This document shows positions 20,818 to 30,597 of a stretch of 64,000 nt of DNA, in pieces. Source of the stretch: Thermodesulfovibrionia bacterium. Its GTDB lineage: Bacteria > Nitrospirota > Thermodesulfovibrionia > UBA6902. Numbering within the stretch: position 1 is the first letter of the stretch; each line of letters starts with the position of its first letter. The position numbers and the translations under genes are program-made. Below the pieces are notes generated by a model, which worked only from the letters and a program-made list of their open reading frames with translations, was not told the DNA's origin and made no database searches. Location: positions 8,081 through 72,080 of the forward strand of contig JAUSMY010000040.1 in NCBI GenBank assembly GCA_030646035.1, given 5' to 3'.

Positions 20818-21399
20818 TCAGGAATTGATCTTCCTTATAAGCCATGCCATGTTCTCTCCGAGCTTCTTCATGGTCTCAATCCCTTCGCTGTCATCTTTGA
20901 CCTCGCCCGGTTTTCTTCCGATGCCGATATTCCAGTAGCTTGAGCCGGGGATTATCATCTCCCCTATGAGGAAGAAGTAGTTTAAAGAGCTGAAGACATG
21001 GCTGGCGCCGGCGCGCCGTACGGCGACAACAGCGGCTCCTGCCTTGCGCTTTAACATATTGTCATTGGCGCGTGATACCATGCCTGCTCTTTCGATCAGA
21101 GCCTTCATATTTGCAGAGACATCGGCAAAATAGGTGGGAGAGCCGAGAATGATACCGTCAGCCTCAAGCATCTTTTCGATGCATTCATTTGCGATATCAT
21201 TATCAACGCTGCATCTCTTGTCCTTTTTGTCGAAGCACTTAAAGCATCCGATGCATCCGTGGATAGGCTTGCCTGCCATCTGAAAGAGTTCGGTCTCAAT
21301 GCCTTCTCTGCTTATCTCATCCAGAACAGAATTTAAGAGTATAGCCGTATTTCCGTCTTTGCGCGCGCTTCCGTTAAAACCGATAACCTTCATCTGCAA
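20818..21399 (-). CDS. NADPH-dependent FMN reductase / iron-sulfur flavoprotein family
   Basis: 193-aa ORF; flavodoxin-like N-terminus (KVIGFNGSARKDGNT) and compact Cys cluster (HGCIGCFKC...C) as in Isf-type flavoproteins. Confidence 0.7.
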   Translation of the reverse strand: MQMKVIGFNGSARKDGNTAILLNSVLDEISREGIETELFQMAGKPIHGCIGCFKCFDKKDKRCSVDNDIANECIEKMLEADGIILGSPTYFADVSANMKALIERAGMVSRANDNMLKRKAGAAVVAVRRAGASHVFSSLNYFFLIGEMIIPGSSYWNIGIGRKPGEVKDDSEGIETMKKLGENMAWLIRKINS

Positions 21400-21420
21400 G
21401 GCCTCCTTTGACAGACTGTT

Positions 21421-21969
21421 TCAGCGGATTATTTTTGTGAATTTTGAACCCTCGATGGTCAGGTTGAACATAAGCCCTTTATTGCTGAATACAAAGCCGA
21501 CTATCGGGTCTTCTATATTCATGGTATTGATGTCGCCTCCTTCACCCCATTTCACTATGGCGACTGAGCCGTCTACCCCGGCTTTCCATCCGTCGCTCTT
21601 CCTGAAATCGGCAAGCGCTTTGTTTTCGAGGAATACAATAACTATTGACTTTGACTGCGCCCCGAGCTGAAACCCGATAGATGCTGCGGCTGTGCTGTAA
21701 TATTCTTCTGATTTGCCGTCTATACGCAGCACACCCTCGCCGTATTCTCCGCCTACACCGATGCCTGCTTTTATCACTCCGGAGAAGATAAGCACGCCTT
21801 TTGCTTTTTTGAGAAACTCACTCCCTCCGGGGATCTCTTTCTGGAACTGCGCCAGAGTGGCGTCAGCGTCTATGTTTATCTCATCCCTGCTCTTTGCCTC
21901 TGAGGCGCTGATTCCGGCAAACAATACGATAAAACTAACAACTGCAACAATGGCTCTCTTCATCTTCAT
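21421..21969 (-). CDS. secreted SYLF/Ysc84-like (DUF500-type) lipid-binding domain protein
   Basis: 182-aa ORF with signal peptide; Gly-rich repeated strands (AGIGVGGEYGEGVL, ASIGFQLGAQ) resembling the SYLF fold; tentative. Confidence 0.45.
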   Translation of the reverse strand: MKMKRAIVAVVSFIVLFAGISASEAKSRDEINIDADATLAQFQKEIPGGSEFLKKAKGVLIFSGVIKAGIGVGGEYGEGVLRIDGKSEEYYSTAAASIGFQLGAQSKSIVIVFLENKALADFRKSDGWKAGVDGSVAIVKWGEGGDINTMNIEDPIVGFVFSNKGLMFNLTIEGSKFTKIIR

Positions 21970-21990
21970 GGCATATCTCCTTTTTTTGAA

Positions 21991-23205
21991 TTAGTTATCT
22001 GATTTGACACGCCTGATAAGATCATTTTCTCTCACTCCATCAACAGAAGGGATTGATACGATCTCTTCGTTCCTGCCCACATCAACGTGCTTTCCCTTTT
22101 CATTACATATATCATCCACAATGAATGATCTATCTTCAAGTCCTGTTGACAGGAATTCGACACTATCTCCTGTGCTGAGATTGTTCCTTAATAGGATATC
22201 GATTCTGCCGTTATGGACTGATCTCACTATGCCGACCAGATCATGGCTCATCCTGTAAACATTTTCTTCATTATGATTGTAATCTTCATCAGGCTGCTTG
22301 CCAAGAAACATACCTGTTGTATAACCTCTGCTTGAGATCATGGAAAGTTCTCTAAGCCATCTCTCCTGCACAACGTAGGGACGATCCTTCAGGCTGTCAA
22401 CCGCTTCCCTGTAAGTCTTGATCACTCCGGCAACGTAATTTATGCCCTTCATGCGCCCCTCTATCTTAAAGCTGTCAATCCCTGCATCGGCAAGCTTATC
22501 AAGGTGCTCTAACATGCAGAGGTCTTTTGAGCTCATCATGTATGTGCCTCGCTTGTCTTCATAAACAGGATGAAACTCATCAGGCCGTTTCTCCTCCATT
22601 AGCGTATAGTTCCATCTGCAGGAGTTTGTGCATTCCCCATGGTTGGCAGGCCTGTTGGCGAGAAAGCTGCTGATATAGCACCTACCAGAATAAGAGATGC
22701 ATATTGCGCCGTGGACAAAGCACTCAAGCTCGATTGATACACTGTCGCGTATCTCTTTTATCTCATCGATCGCAAGCTCTCTTGCAAGGACGAGCCTTTT
22801 AGCACCGGCCTTTTCCCAGAATAGGGCGGTCTTAGGGTTTGTGATATTTGCCTGCGTGCTTATATGGATCGGGATCTCCGGCGAGATATCTTTTGCCATC
22901 TCAAAGATGCCGAGGTCAGAGATTATTATTCCGTCCGGTTTTGCCCTTTTTAGAAAGGTTAAATGATCTTTTATCGGAGAGATATCTCTGCTGTGAGGTA
23001 TGATGTTTGCAGTGATATATATTCTTTTGCCTTTTTGATGGACCAGCTCAACGGCCTTTATCAGCCCATCTTCATCAAAGTTACCGGCCTTTGCCCTGAG
23101 GCTGAATTCAGAAAGCCCCAGATATACCGCGTCGGCGCCGTAGTGAAGCGCGGTTATCAGTTTTTCAAAGTTGCCGGCAGGCGCCAGGAGTTCGGGTGTC
23201 TTCAT
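21991..23205 (-). CDS. peptidase U32 family protein (Fe-S dependent hydroxylase-type, RlhA/TrhP/YhbU-like)
   Basis: 404-aa ORF; U32 N-terminus (ELLAPAGNFEKL...GADAVYLG) and conserved Cys cluster (ECFVHGAICISYSGRCY, C..C). Confidence 0.85.
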   Translation of the reverse strand: MKTPELLAPAGNFEKLITALHYGADAVYLGLSEFSLRAKAGNFDEDGLIKAVELVHQKGKRIYITANIIPHSRDISPIKDHLTFLKRAKPDGIIISDLGIFEMAKDISPEIPIHISTQANITNPKTALFWEKAGAKRLVLARELAIDEIKEIRDSVSIELECFVHGAICISYSGRCYISSFLANRPANHGECTNSCRWNYTLMEEKRPDEFHPVYEDKRGTYMMSSKDLCMLEHLDKLADAGIDSFKIEGRMKGINYVAGVIKTYREAVDSLKDRPYVVQERWLRELSMISSRGYTTGMFLGKQPDEDYNHNEENVYRMSHDLVGIVRSVHNGRIDILLRNNLSTGDSVEFLSTGLEDRSFIVDDICNEKGKHVDVGRNEEIVSIPSVDGVRENDLIRRVKSDN

Positions 23206-23229
23206 GGAAGATCATATCTTGCGAACTGC

Positions 23230-23517
23230 CTACTCTTTGGTCCACTCCTGCAGCGTTTCAATGATCTTCTTCGCCTGCTCTTTGCTGGATATGTTGAACT
23301 TGGACCTCTGGCTGTACACCCCGTTGGTCTTCTGGTAGCGGCGGATACTGTATTTCTCTTCTCCGAACGTCTCGTTCTTCTTGTCCCACTGCTGGTATCT
23401 GAACATTAAAGTCGCCCACGCGCCTTTTGAAAGTATCACCTTGTCAAGTTCCTTGACGAGCTGGACATTGTCCTCTTCATAGTTCATTGTTAATTCATTT
23501 ACATCTTCAGCACCCAT
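23230..23517 (-). CDS. hypothetical small protein
   Basis: 95-aa ORF, charged, no recognisable motif; lies between the ParE-like toxin and the U32 gene. Confidence 0.35.
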   Translation of the reverse strand: MGAEDVNELTMNYEEDNVQLVKELDKVILSKGAWATLMFRYQQWDKKNETFGEEKYSIRRYQKTNGVYSQRSKFNISSKEQAKKIIETLQEWTKE

Positions 23518-23634
23518 GGCATTCTCCTTTTTTGTTTTATAGAATTATATGCTAAAAGCGCGGTTAATTCCAAGTTGCAGGCGGATTCTGGCTTATTCAG
23601 CGAATGTACCTATGGTGTTCGCTGTGGTGATTTG

Positions 23635-23916
23635 TTATGGGTGTTTTTGAGGGTCTTGTCTGTTATCAAAAACAGAATGAATTACTATTTCGTTTCCTTC
23701 GATAGAATAAAATATTGAAAAAGGAAATCTTCTAATGACACAGCCTCTTAAACAGGAATATAATGTTTTGTACATCTCCGGGAAAGCGAGAATGTTATTT
23801 AGCGATACCTCAATACAGTCGAGAAATTCAAAACCAAGTCCTCTTCTCTGTTTTTCGTACCATTCAAACGCTAATTCAAGGTCGTCTTTAGCCCTGTCTG
23901 TATAGCGCAGAATCAT
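23635..23916 (-). CDS. type II toxin, ParE/RelE family
   Basis: 93-aa ORF; C-terminal RGCVIRRFPFSIFYSIEGNEIVIHSVFDNRQDP matches the ParE/RelE pattern; overlaps upstream antitoxin gene by 4 nt. Confidence 0.7.
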   Translation of the reverse strand: MILRYTDRAKDDLELAFEWYEKQRRGLGFEFLDCIEVSLNNILAFPEMYKTLYSCLRGCVIRRFPFSIFYSIEGNEIVIHSVFDNRQDPQKHP

Positions 23917-24149
23917 TTATATTTATCACGCAGCTCTTCATGAACACTTTTCCAATCATGAAGTTCCAGTTTTCCATCTTTATAATCTTTGTATCTTTTG
24001 TCTAATTCGATTTTTTGCCATTCCGGCATTGGCAGCACTTCATTGTTTCGAGCAATAGCATCCCAAATATCCTCAACTAATAGTAGTTTTTCTGACAAGT
24101 CCAATTTATCTATCTCTTTTACGATTTCATTTGGTCTCATTGTGAACAC
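23913..24149 (-). CDS. putative addiction-module antitoxin (partner of ParE-like toxin)
   Basis: 78-aa ORF with LSxxEKLxLVEDIWDAI and WQKIELDKRYKDYKDGK pattern typical of small antitoxins paired with RelE/ParE toxins. Confidence 0.65.
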   Translation of the reverse strand: MFTMRPNEIVKEIDKLDLSEKLLLVEDIWDAIARNNEVLPMPEWQKIELDKRYKDYKDGKLELHDWKSVHEELRDKYK

Positions 24150-24221
24150 CTCCTATATAAATTTTACAATATTAATATAATCCCACAATGCACGGGTGAG
24201 ACACGTGTCTTTTTGCGCATG

Positions 24222-24770
24222 TTAGGGTTTGGCCTTGTACGTGCTTATGAATTGCTTATATGCGTCCAGTACTTTTTGATATCCTTCTTGCGAACGAGAA
24301 CTAAGAGTGAAGATTAGATAGAAATCACCTTCTTCGCCGTATGACGCTTGCTCCCAGTTTCCCTTTTCTTTCGGGAAAAATGTATACGATTTCAGAAGCT
24401 GACCATCAGCAGTAGTAAGTGAAGTAACTTCAGAAATGCTTAGACTGGGATCTTGTGACATGAACTGCTCTTTGTCATCGCTAATCAACGAATCCATAGA
24501 TTTTATTTCAGGAATTCTTGGCTTGTAAAGCGCCTTCACGTAGATAACTGATTCAGCGTTGGCGAATGTATAACCGTCAGGTGCTTGAGCATTGGCGCTG
24601 TACATGTAACTATGATCACGGTCATGGTGCCAGCCTTTTAAAGTTGGCATCTTGGGCCACCAATAGAAACACACCCCGGTTTCACACGGAACGGCAATTT
24701 TCTCTATCTCAGCATGAGCGCATAGGGGAAGTAACACCAATACGATTAATAGAGCAACGAGACGTTTCAT
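24222..24770 (-). CDS. secreted hypothetical protein
   Basis: 182-aa ORF with signal peptide (LLIVLVLLPLCAHA); no recognised domain; same strand and 75 nt downstream of the ligase cluster. Confidence 0.45.
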   Translation of the reverse strand: MKRLVALLIVLVLLPLCAHAEIEKIAVPCETGVCFYWWPKMPTLKGWHHDRDHSYMYSANAQAPDGYTFANAESVIYVKALYKPRIPEIKSMDSLISDDKEQFMSQDPSLSISEVTSLTTADGQLLKSYTFFPKEKGNWEQASYGEEGDFYLIFTLSSRSQEGYQKVLDAYKQFISTYKAKP

Positions 24771-24845
24771 ATTATCTCCTAACCATATTTTTATTAGATA
24801 GTTATCTGGATAATAACAATATTTCTTAGCAGGGTCAATATAATT

Positions 24846-25556
24846 CTATTTGCAAAGCAGGGCATCGCTAACCGCTTTAATGATATTCGCCTGAAGTTCT
24901 CTCCAGTGCCTCTTATCTCCGACGGGAAATTTCTGATTGACCTCAAGCTCAACCCCGATATACTGTCTCTGCGGGAAACTTTTTCTGAAATATGTCACAA
25001 GACCATCGGCTTTGCCGAGGTAGGGATAATTGCGGCGGACGACGAGATCGTGATTTGAGGCGGTGAGCGCCTTCTGCCAGCGGATGCAGAAATCTTTTTC
25101 TTTCATTCTCGAAGGGTCATATAGCAGCCCAATATCTGCAGTGCGCTTCACGCCATTAATCACAGGCGTAAAGGTATGAACCGCTATGTGCAGAACATTT
25201 TTGCCCGAATGAATCTTTTCTGCAATAACTGATTCAATAGCATTCCGGTAGGGATGGTAGTATTTTTTTAGGATATTGGCTCTTTCATCACGGTCGATCT
25301 TTCGGCTTATTTCAGAAAAGAGGTTCGGATGTTTTAATGACCGGTTCAGGTCAACAAGCAGGCGTGTGATTTCTGAGTAATAACAGCGGACTCCGAGATC
25401 TTCTGCAATGGCTCCTGCGAGTTCATATGAGCCATGATCAAAACCCTTATGGCTCTTCAGCAGTTTTTCTTTGCCCTTGAAAAGATGTGCGTATTCCTGC
25501 GGCACAAGATTGCCGCCGTGTTCGCAGGAGATGATTATCTCAAATGGCTTATTCAA
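24846..25556 (-). CDS. N-formylglutamate amidohydrolase (FGase) family amidase
   Basis: 236-aa ORF; N-terminal IISCEHGGN and overall pattern of the FGase family; start overlaps upstream GCS2 gene. Confidence 0.7.
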   Translation of the reverse strand: MNKPFEIIISCEHGGNLVPQEYAHLFKGKEKLLKSHKGFDHGSYELAGAIAEDLGVRCYYSEITRLLVDLNRSLKHPNLFSEISRKIDRDERANILKKYYHPYRNAIESVIAEKIHSGKNVLHIAVHTFTPVINGVKRTADIGLLYDPSRMKEKDFCIRWQKALTASNHDLVVRRNYPYLGKADGLVTYFRKSFPQRQYIGVELEVNQKFPVGDKRHWRELQANIIKAVSDALLCK

Positions 25557-26787
25557 TGAACACCCTGTTTTCAGCGAGGCATTCGCAAAGTTTTTTATAT
25601 GCCGTTTTCAGCTTTTCATGTGAAGGGTTTCTGCCAATGGATCTGAGTATTCGCTTTGAGAGAGTTCCCTCTTCTGTAATGAGCCTGAGTATTTCAAGCG
25701 ATTCAGAAGAAATGGCGGCTTTCTTTCCGGCTTCAGTTATAAGATGCTTCCACAATTCATTTGCAGTTGCCTTCTTTCCAAAGAATCCGAACATCTCGAG
25801 ATAATGCGCATTCTCAATTACCGCGCTTCCGCTATCGCGTATGGTGCTTTTAAAGACCGGAAGCAATGCGTTCACTCCCCATGCCTTCTGTTCTTCATAG
25901 CCGGACCATTCATCAGCAACAAGAAGTTTTAAGACTGATATGATTATCTCAGCTATGGCGATATCAGCGCGCGGGCATTCCTGCGTATCTGCAATACGTA
26001 TCTCCATCGCGTTTCTCTCGTAACGCGGTATGGCGCCTCTTGAATTGAGCCATTCATTTTGCAGGATATTCTCATCATCATATTCCGCTATATCCCTGTA
26101 CATTTTCCCAAGTATCTTTTCTTTGTATTCAGCCTTTGTGAAGACAGGTTCAGGAATTATCTTTCCCATGATCGAAGGAACCTTCTTCTGGTTTGCGGCG
26201 TAATGCAGAAGCCGCGTATCCTGCAAGCCGGTGATCTTCCCTTCAACAACAGGAGAACTTGCGGCGAGCGCTGGGATCATCGGTAGGAGCAGCCGTACAG
26301 CGGCATGAAGCCTGCCGAATTCATCATCACCTTTGAAAGAGAGATTTATGTGCATGCTCTGGACATTTGCCCAGCCGTGCCTCTTGCAGTTGAATATCCT
26401 GTCGTAGGTTTCGTACACATTATGGTAACGGCGCGCCCATAGCCTGGTCTCTTTTCGGGGGTTCATCCACGGATGCATGGCAGAGGGCATGAGCATTCCG
26501 CCCATCGGGCTGAGGATCTTATTGATGTCTGTTATCTGCTTATGAAATGATTTTGAAAGCCCCTTCAGCGAGGGCACGGGATCATTGTTCTTGATCTCCA
26601 TGACATGAGAGACAAGTTCATTTGACCAGCCCATGCTGCCGTTATAATGATCGGTCGTGTACCGTCCTGCTGCAGAGCGGAGGACTTCGTCGGATACAGG
26701 CATGACATCAAGCGTTTCGCAGTCTGCGATAATATATTCGAGTTCAATGCCGCAGCCTTCAAACAGTTTCAGTCTATTCGCAGCCAC
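25549..26787 (-). CDS. carboxylate-amine ligase, glutamate-cysteine ligase family 2 (GCS2/YbdK-like)
   Basis: 412-aa ORF; N-terminal GIELEYIIAD and length typical of GCS2; overlaps neighbours on both sides. Confidence 0.75.
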   Translation of the reverse strand: MAANRLKLFEGCGIELEYIIADCETLDVMPVSDEVLRSAAGRYTTDHYNGSMGWSNELVSHVMEIKNNDPVPSLKGLSKSFHKQITDINKILSPMGGMLMPSAMHPWMNPRKETRLWARRYHNVYETYDRIFNCKRHGWANVQSMHINLSFKGDDEFGRLHAAVRLLLPMIPALAASSPVVEGKITGLQDTRLLHYAANQKKVPSIMGKIIPEPVFTKAEYKEKILGKMYRDIAEYDDENILQNEWLNSRGAIPRYERNAMEIRIADTQECPRADIAIAEIIISVLKLLVADEWSGYEEQKAWGVNALLPVFKSTIRDSGSAVIENAHYLEMFGFFGKKATANELWKHLITEAGKKAAISSESLEILRLITEEGTLSKRILRSIGRNPSHEKLKTAYKKLCECLAENRVFIE

Positions 26788-26790
26788 AGG

Positions 26791-28266
26791 TTAATACCAT
26801 GTTTCCTTGCGCTGTTCTATCCTGCGCAATATGACACGCATGATCCTCAGGTAGAGCTCTTCTTTGAGTATCGCGTCCTCAACCCCGTAGTCGATGTTGG
26901 GATTGTCGTTCACTTCAATGATGTAATACTTGTCGCCGTCCTGTTTTATGTCGACACCGTATAAACCGTCGCCTATCAGGTTTGCGGCGCGGAGCGCGGC
27001 GCGTATGAGGCCTGTTGGAGCATGCTCCACCGGGATAGTTTCAGCCCTGCCGTCTTCGGTCTTTAAACCGTTCAGGTCGCGTTTTATTATCTGCCAGTGT
27101 TTTTTAGCCATGTAATATTTGCATACAAAAAGCGGCTGCCGATCAAAGACGCCGACGCGCCAGTCAAAAGGTGTTGACAGGAATTCCTGGGCGATTATCA
27201 GCTCTGAACGGTCGAGCATCTTCCCCACATTCAGCCTCAGTTCTTCCTCAGTCTCAACCTTTATGACACCCTGTGAGAACGAACTGTCCGGCTTTTTCAG
27301 GATGCAGGGCAGACCGAGCATACCGGTTATCTGTTTTGCATTTTCGCGGTGAACGATGACCGTCTTTGGAGTCAGCATCTTGTTGCGCTCAAGCAGTTCC
27401 GCAAGAAAGACCTTATTGGTACACTTCAGTATGGACTCAGGATCGTCAATAACAACCAGTCCCTCTGCCGCAGCCTTGCTTGCAAAGCGGTATGTATGAT
27501 GAAGTACGCTTGTGGTCTCACGGATGAAGAGCGCGTCAAACTCGCTGAGCCTGCCGAAATCTTCCCTGTCGATAAGTTCCGCTTCCATTCCGAGAGATTC
27601 CGAAGACCTTATGAAACGTTCGATAGCTTTCGGGTTTGAAGGCTGTTCCTCTTCATCTTTATCAAAGAGGATAGCGAGGTCGAATCGCGGCGCCTTTTTT
27701 CTGCTGGTGTATTTCCGCCTCTTCTGGAAATACTCACTTGCGGCTTCAACCACAAAAGCGCGATGCTCTTCAGGGATGTCGTTCACTGCGATGGGATTAA
27801 TATTCTGTATCTGCCATTTCTGCTCTTTGTCATTAAAGACAAATATAGCCCGCAGAAATGGAGACTCAAAAAGTTTGAATAGATGGTTGCAGAGCGGGTC
27901 ATGCCTCTTTGCCATATTCCGTCCAAAATAAATACTGAGCACAAACTCTGTCGACTGGATAGGGGCAAGGCTCTTCTGAATAAGTTCTTCAACTTCATCA
28001 GAAGCAACCCGTATGATGGTCTGGGATTTAAGGTCCTGTATCGTGCTGATGCTCGGAATGGGCTTGTGCCCCCTTGCGGCGGCAAGCAGCGAGACATAGT
28101 AGCCGGTGCTCTGATACCGGTAGGACCGGCAGAGATTGAAGACCTTCACGTCACGCATCGCGGCATAGCCCGGATCGGTAAGATAGGTCTTTGCAGCTAC
28201 AAGTTCACTTCCTTCAAAATGGATCGGAAGGTCGCTGGGGTCATTGACGACTATAAGTATTGCCAA
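26791..28266 (-). CDS. RimK-type ATP-grasp ligase with N-terminal extension domain
   Basis: 491-aa ORF; C-terminal ATP-grasp core (GLPCILKKPDSSFSQGV, LIIAQEF, YYIIEVNDNPNID); about 190-aa N-terminal domain. Confidence 0.75.
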   Translation of the reverse strand: MAILIVVNDPSDLPIHFEGSELVAAKTYLTDPGYAAMRDVKVFNLCRSYRYQSTGYYVSLLAAARGHKPIPSISTIQDLKSQTIIRVASDEVEELIQKSLAPIQSTEFVLSIYFGRNMAKRHDPLCNHLFKLFESPFLRAIFVFNDKEQKWQIQNINPIAVNDIPEEHRAFVVEAASEYFQKRRKYTSRKKAPRFDLAILFDKDEEEQPSNPKAIERFIRSSESLGMEAELIDREDFGRLSEFDALFIRETTSVLHHTYRFASKAAAEGLVVIDDPESILKCTNKVFLAELLERNKMLTPKTVIVHRENAKQITGMLGLPCILKKPDSSFSQGVIKVETEEELRLNVGKMLDRSELIIAQEFLSTPFDWRVGVFDRQPLFVCKYYMAKKHWQIIKRDLNGLKTEDGRAETIPVEHAPTGLIRAALRAANLIGDGLYGVDIKQDGDKYYIIEVNDNPNIDYGVEDAILKEELYLRIMRVILRRIEQRKETWY

Positions 28267-28275
28267 TCTTCTTCC

Positions 28276-28986
28276 TTACTTTGCCTTCTTGGGTTCGATG
28301 ATGAGCAGGTTTGCGTCATAGGTCAGAACTCCAAGAAGTACAGAACACAAAACCCTGTCTATTGAGATCATATAATGATGGCTGTCGGAATACGGGTTCG
28401 CGAGAAAAGGGTCAGCCACCATGACGGTCCGCTCTTCCCTGTTATATCCGTTCAACACGACAAAATGCCCTGCAGGCTCTCCCTTTATATCATCCCAGTC
28501 GTTCATCTGTCCTGATTCCCTCGGGCTCTGGTAAAGATATGTTGAACTGAGGCCCGTTAAGATCGGAGCGGCGCGGTTCAGGTATTTTCTTATAAGCGCT
28601 TTGGTCAGGTCCTTTAATCTCAGCTTGCCGCCAAGCTGCAGGAATTCAAGAAAGCCTTCTGTTGCCACATGGAGTTTGGGAATATCCTTTGCCGACATCT
28701 GTGCTTTTAAACGTTCCTGTATATCCGGCCCGTCGTCCGCAAACCATGTCGGGTCAAAGATGTTGAGGTTGTATGTGTAGATCGTTGCGGTATATCCGCG
28801 GTTCAAGGCATGGCATGCCAGAAACACGGCAAGTGTGCCGCCCTCATCAAGATACTTTACCTCCTGGACAACCTGATCCAGCGAGATATTGTCCCCGAAA
28901 TAATTATAAACTGCGTGCAGGCATGCCGGGCCGCATGTTGTCTCAGTTGGCTGGGCTAAGATATTGAAATCAAGGCTTTGTTTCAC
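28276..28986 (-). CDS. papain-like cysteine peptidase (C39-like)
   Basis: 236-aa ORF; candidate catalytic Cys in TTCGPACLHAV and downstream His (GHFVVLNGYN) as in C39-like peptidases. Confidence 0.55.
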   Translation of the reverse strand: MKQSLDFNILAQPTETTCGPACLHAVYNYFGDNISLDQVVQEVKYLDEGGTLAVFLACHALNRGYTATIYTYNLNIFDPTWFADDGPDIQERLKAQMSAKDIPKLHVATEGFLEFLQLGGKLRLKDLTKALIRKYLNRAAPILTGLSSTYLYQSPRESGQMNDWDDIKGEPAGHFVVLNGYNREERTVMVADPFLANPYSDSHHYMISIDRVLCSVLLGVLTYDANLLIIEPKKAK

Positions 28987-29088
28987 TTGCTGAAATAGGT
29001 CATGTCATCACCTTATCTTTGGGTCGATCACTCAGTTATTATATAACTTAAACTTTACCAAAAATCAATTTAACTTTTCCTAACTGTC

Positions 29089-30426
29089 TCAATCAGATTT
29101 CTTCTTAAACGGTATCAGATCATATACAAGCCCTATTGTCGGTGTTGTGCTGATTACCTTCAAAAATAGTTTTGAATATGGGATGTGCTCAACCTCCCTG
29201 ACCTCCCTGAGTTTTGGAATGAAGATAAACGAGGCTATATACCTGATGATGCAGCTCACAACAAATACCAGAAGGTAATTCGACCAGAATATCTGATTGT
29301 AGCGTACTATCAGGCCGCCGATTAGGGAGCCGGCAAATATGGCAACACCGTTAATGACATTGTAATATGCGATGCCGGTCGCCCTTTTTTGAGGTGTTGT
29401 TGTGTCAAAGATAAAATTAAAGGATGCTATCTCAAAACCTGCCCAGACAAAACCGGCATAGATCTGGACTGCCAGAAGATACCAGACCGAACTGGAAAAG
29501 AGCCAGAGAATAGGCGCAAGAGGCATTAAGAAACCTGATAGGCTCAGTACCTTTCTTGAGCCGAACCTGTCGGATGCCTTGCCCCAGACAGGCATGAAGA
29601 GGAGTTTTGAAATGATGGCAGCCGCAATGATGATGGTATATGTTGAGTAGCTGAATTTCAGGTCGTTCAGCATATAGGGAGTAAAGAACGGCGCTGACAT
29701 ATAGACGCAGGAATTCATTAAAGAGAGGTAAAGCACAAATGTGCCGTAGTTACGGAATCTCGCCTGTCTGATGAACTCAACAAAACTGAATTCAGCTGAT
29801 TCAGACACTTCATACGGCGGTTCGTACTTTTTCCTAAGGAAGAAAAATGAGGCTATTCTCGAAATAAGCGCAAGTGAAAAGATCGTGACAAAGCCTATAT
29901 ACTGCATTTCAGGCGTGCTTGAAAAATTCTGCAGAATATATCCGCCTGCCATGTAAGCTGAGAATGTTGCAAAGCCTGTTACCTTGTTCCTCATGCCGAA
30001 GTAAGCGCCGCGCTCGTTTTCATTCACAAGGTCGCCCATCCAGCTGTTCCATGCCGGGCTGAGTATCATGCCGAATAACCAGTAAAGGCAGGCAAAAAAT
30101 ATCAGATGAGCGATACGGAATGTTCCGAAGAAGAATACGAGGGATATTGGGATATACATCAGACCCTGGAGCAGGGCTGCTGTTGAGACGAGATTTTTCC
30201 GCGATCCAAAAAGCCTGATAAGCCTATTTGAGTAAAGCTGCGATAGTGAACCTATCAGCAGAGGCATGGAGCTTAACAGGCCGAGGTTTATGTTGGTTGC
30301 TTTGAGAAAGACTGCGAAAGCAGCTAGAAAAGATTCTCCGAAACCTATCATAGATGCGGCAAAGGTCCCGTCAATGATAGAGTAATGAAGGCTCTTCTTT
30401 ATCCTGTCACTGCCGTTAGTCTTCAT
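29089..30426 (-). CDS. MFS family transporter
   Basis: 445-aa ORF with about 12 predicted TM helices and MFS-like loop motifs. Confidence 0.8.
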   Translation of the reverse strand: MKTNGSDRIKKSLHYSIIDGTFAASMIGFGESFLAAFAVFLKATNINLGLLSSMPLLIGSLSQLYSNRLIRLFGSRKNLVSTAALLQGLMYIPISLVFFFGTFRIAHLIFFACLYWLFGMILSPAWNSWMGDLVNENERGAYFGMRNKVTGFATFSAYMAGGYILQNFSSTPEMQYIGFVTIFSLALISRIASFFFLRKKYEPPYEVSESAEFSFVEFIRQARFRNYGTFVLYLSLMNSCVYMSAPFFTPYMLNDLKFSYSTYTIIIAAAIISKLLFMPVWGKASDRFGSRKVLSLSGFLMPLAPILWLFSSSVWYLLAVQIYAGFVWAGFEIASFNFIFDTTTPQKRATGIAYYNVINGVAIFAGSLIGGLIVRYNQIFWSNYLLVFVVSCIIRYIASFIFIPKLREVREVEHIPYSKLFLKVISTTPTIGLVYDLIPFKKKSD

Positions 30427-30597
30427 ATTCTGCTTCCCATAACTCGAAGTAATGCGGGGGAAAGTTCAGCTGCTTATCTTTCTGCAGTATGGATAAATAT
30501 AATATTTGTTATTGCTTCCGGTCAAATTTCATATATAATTCATTCTATCAGGGAAGTATCAAACTGTCTTGTTTTATAATCGTTACAAAAAGGCAAA

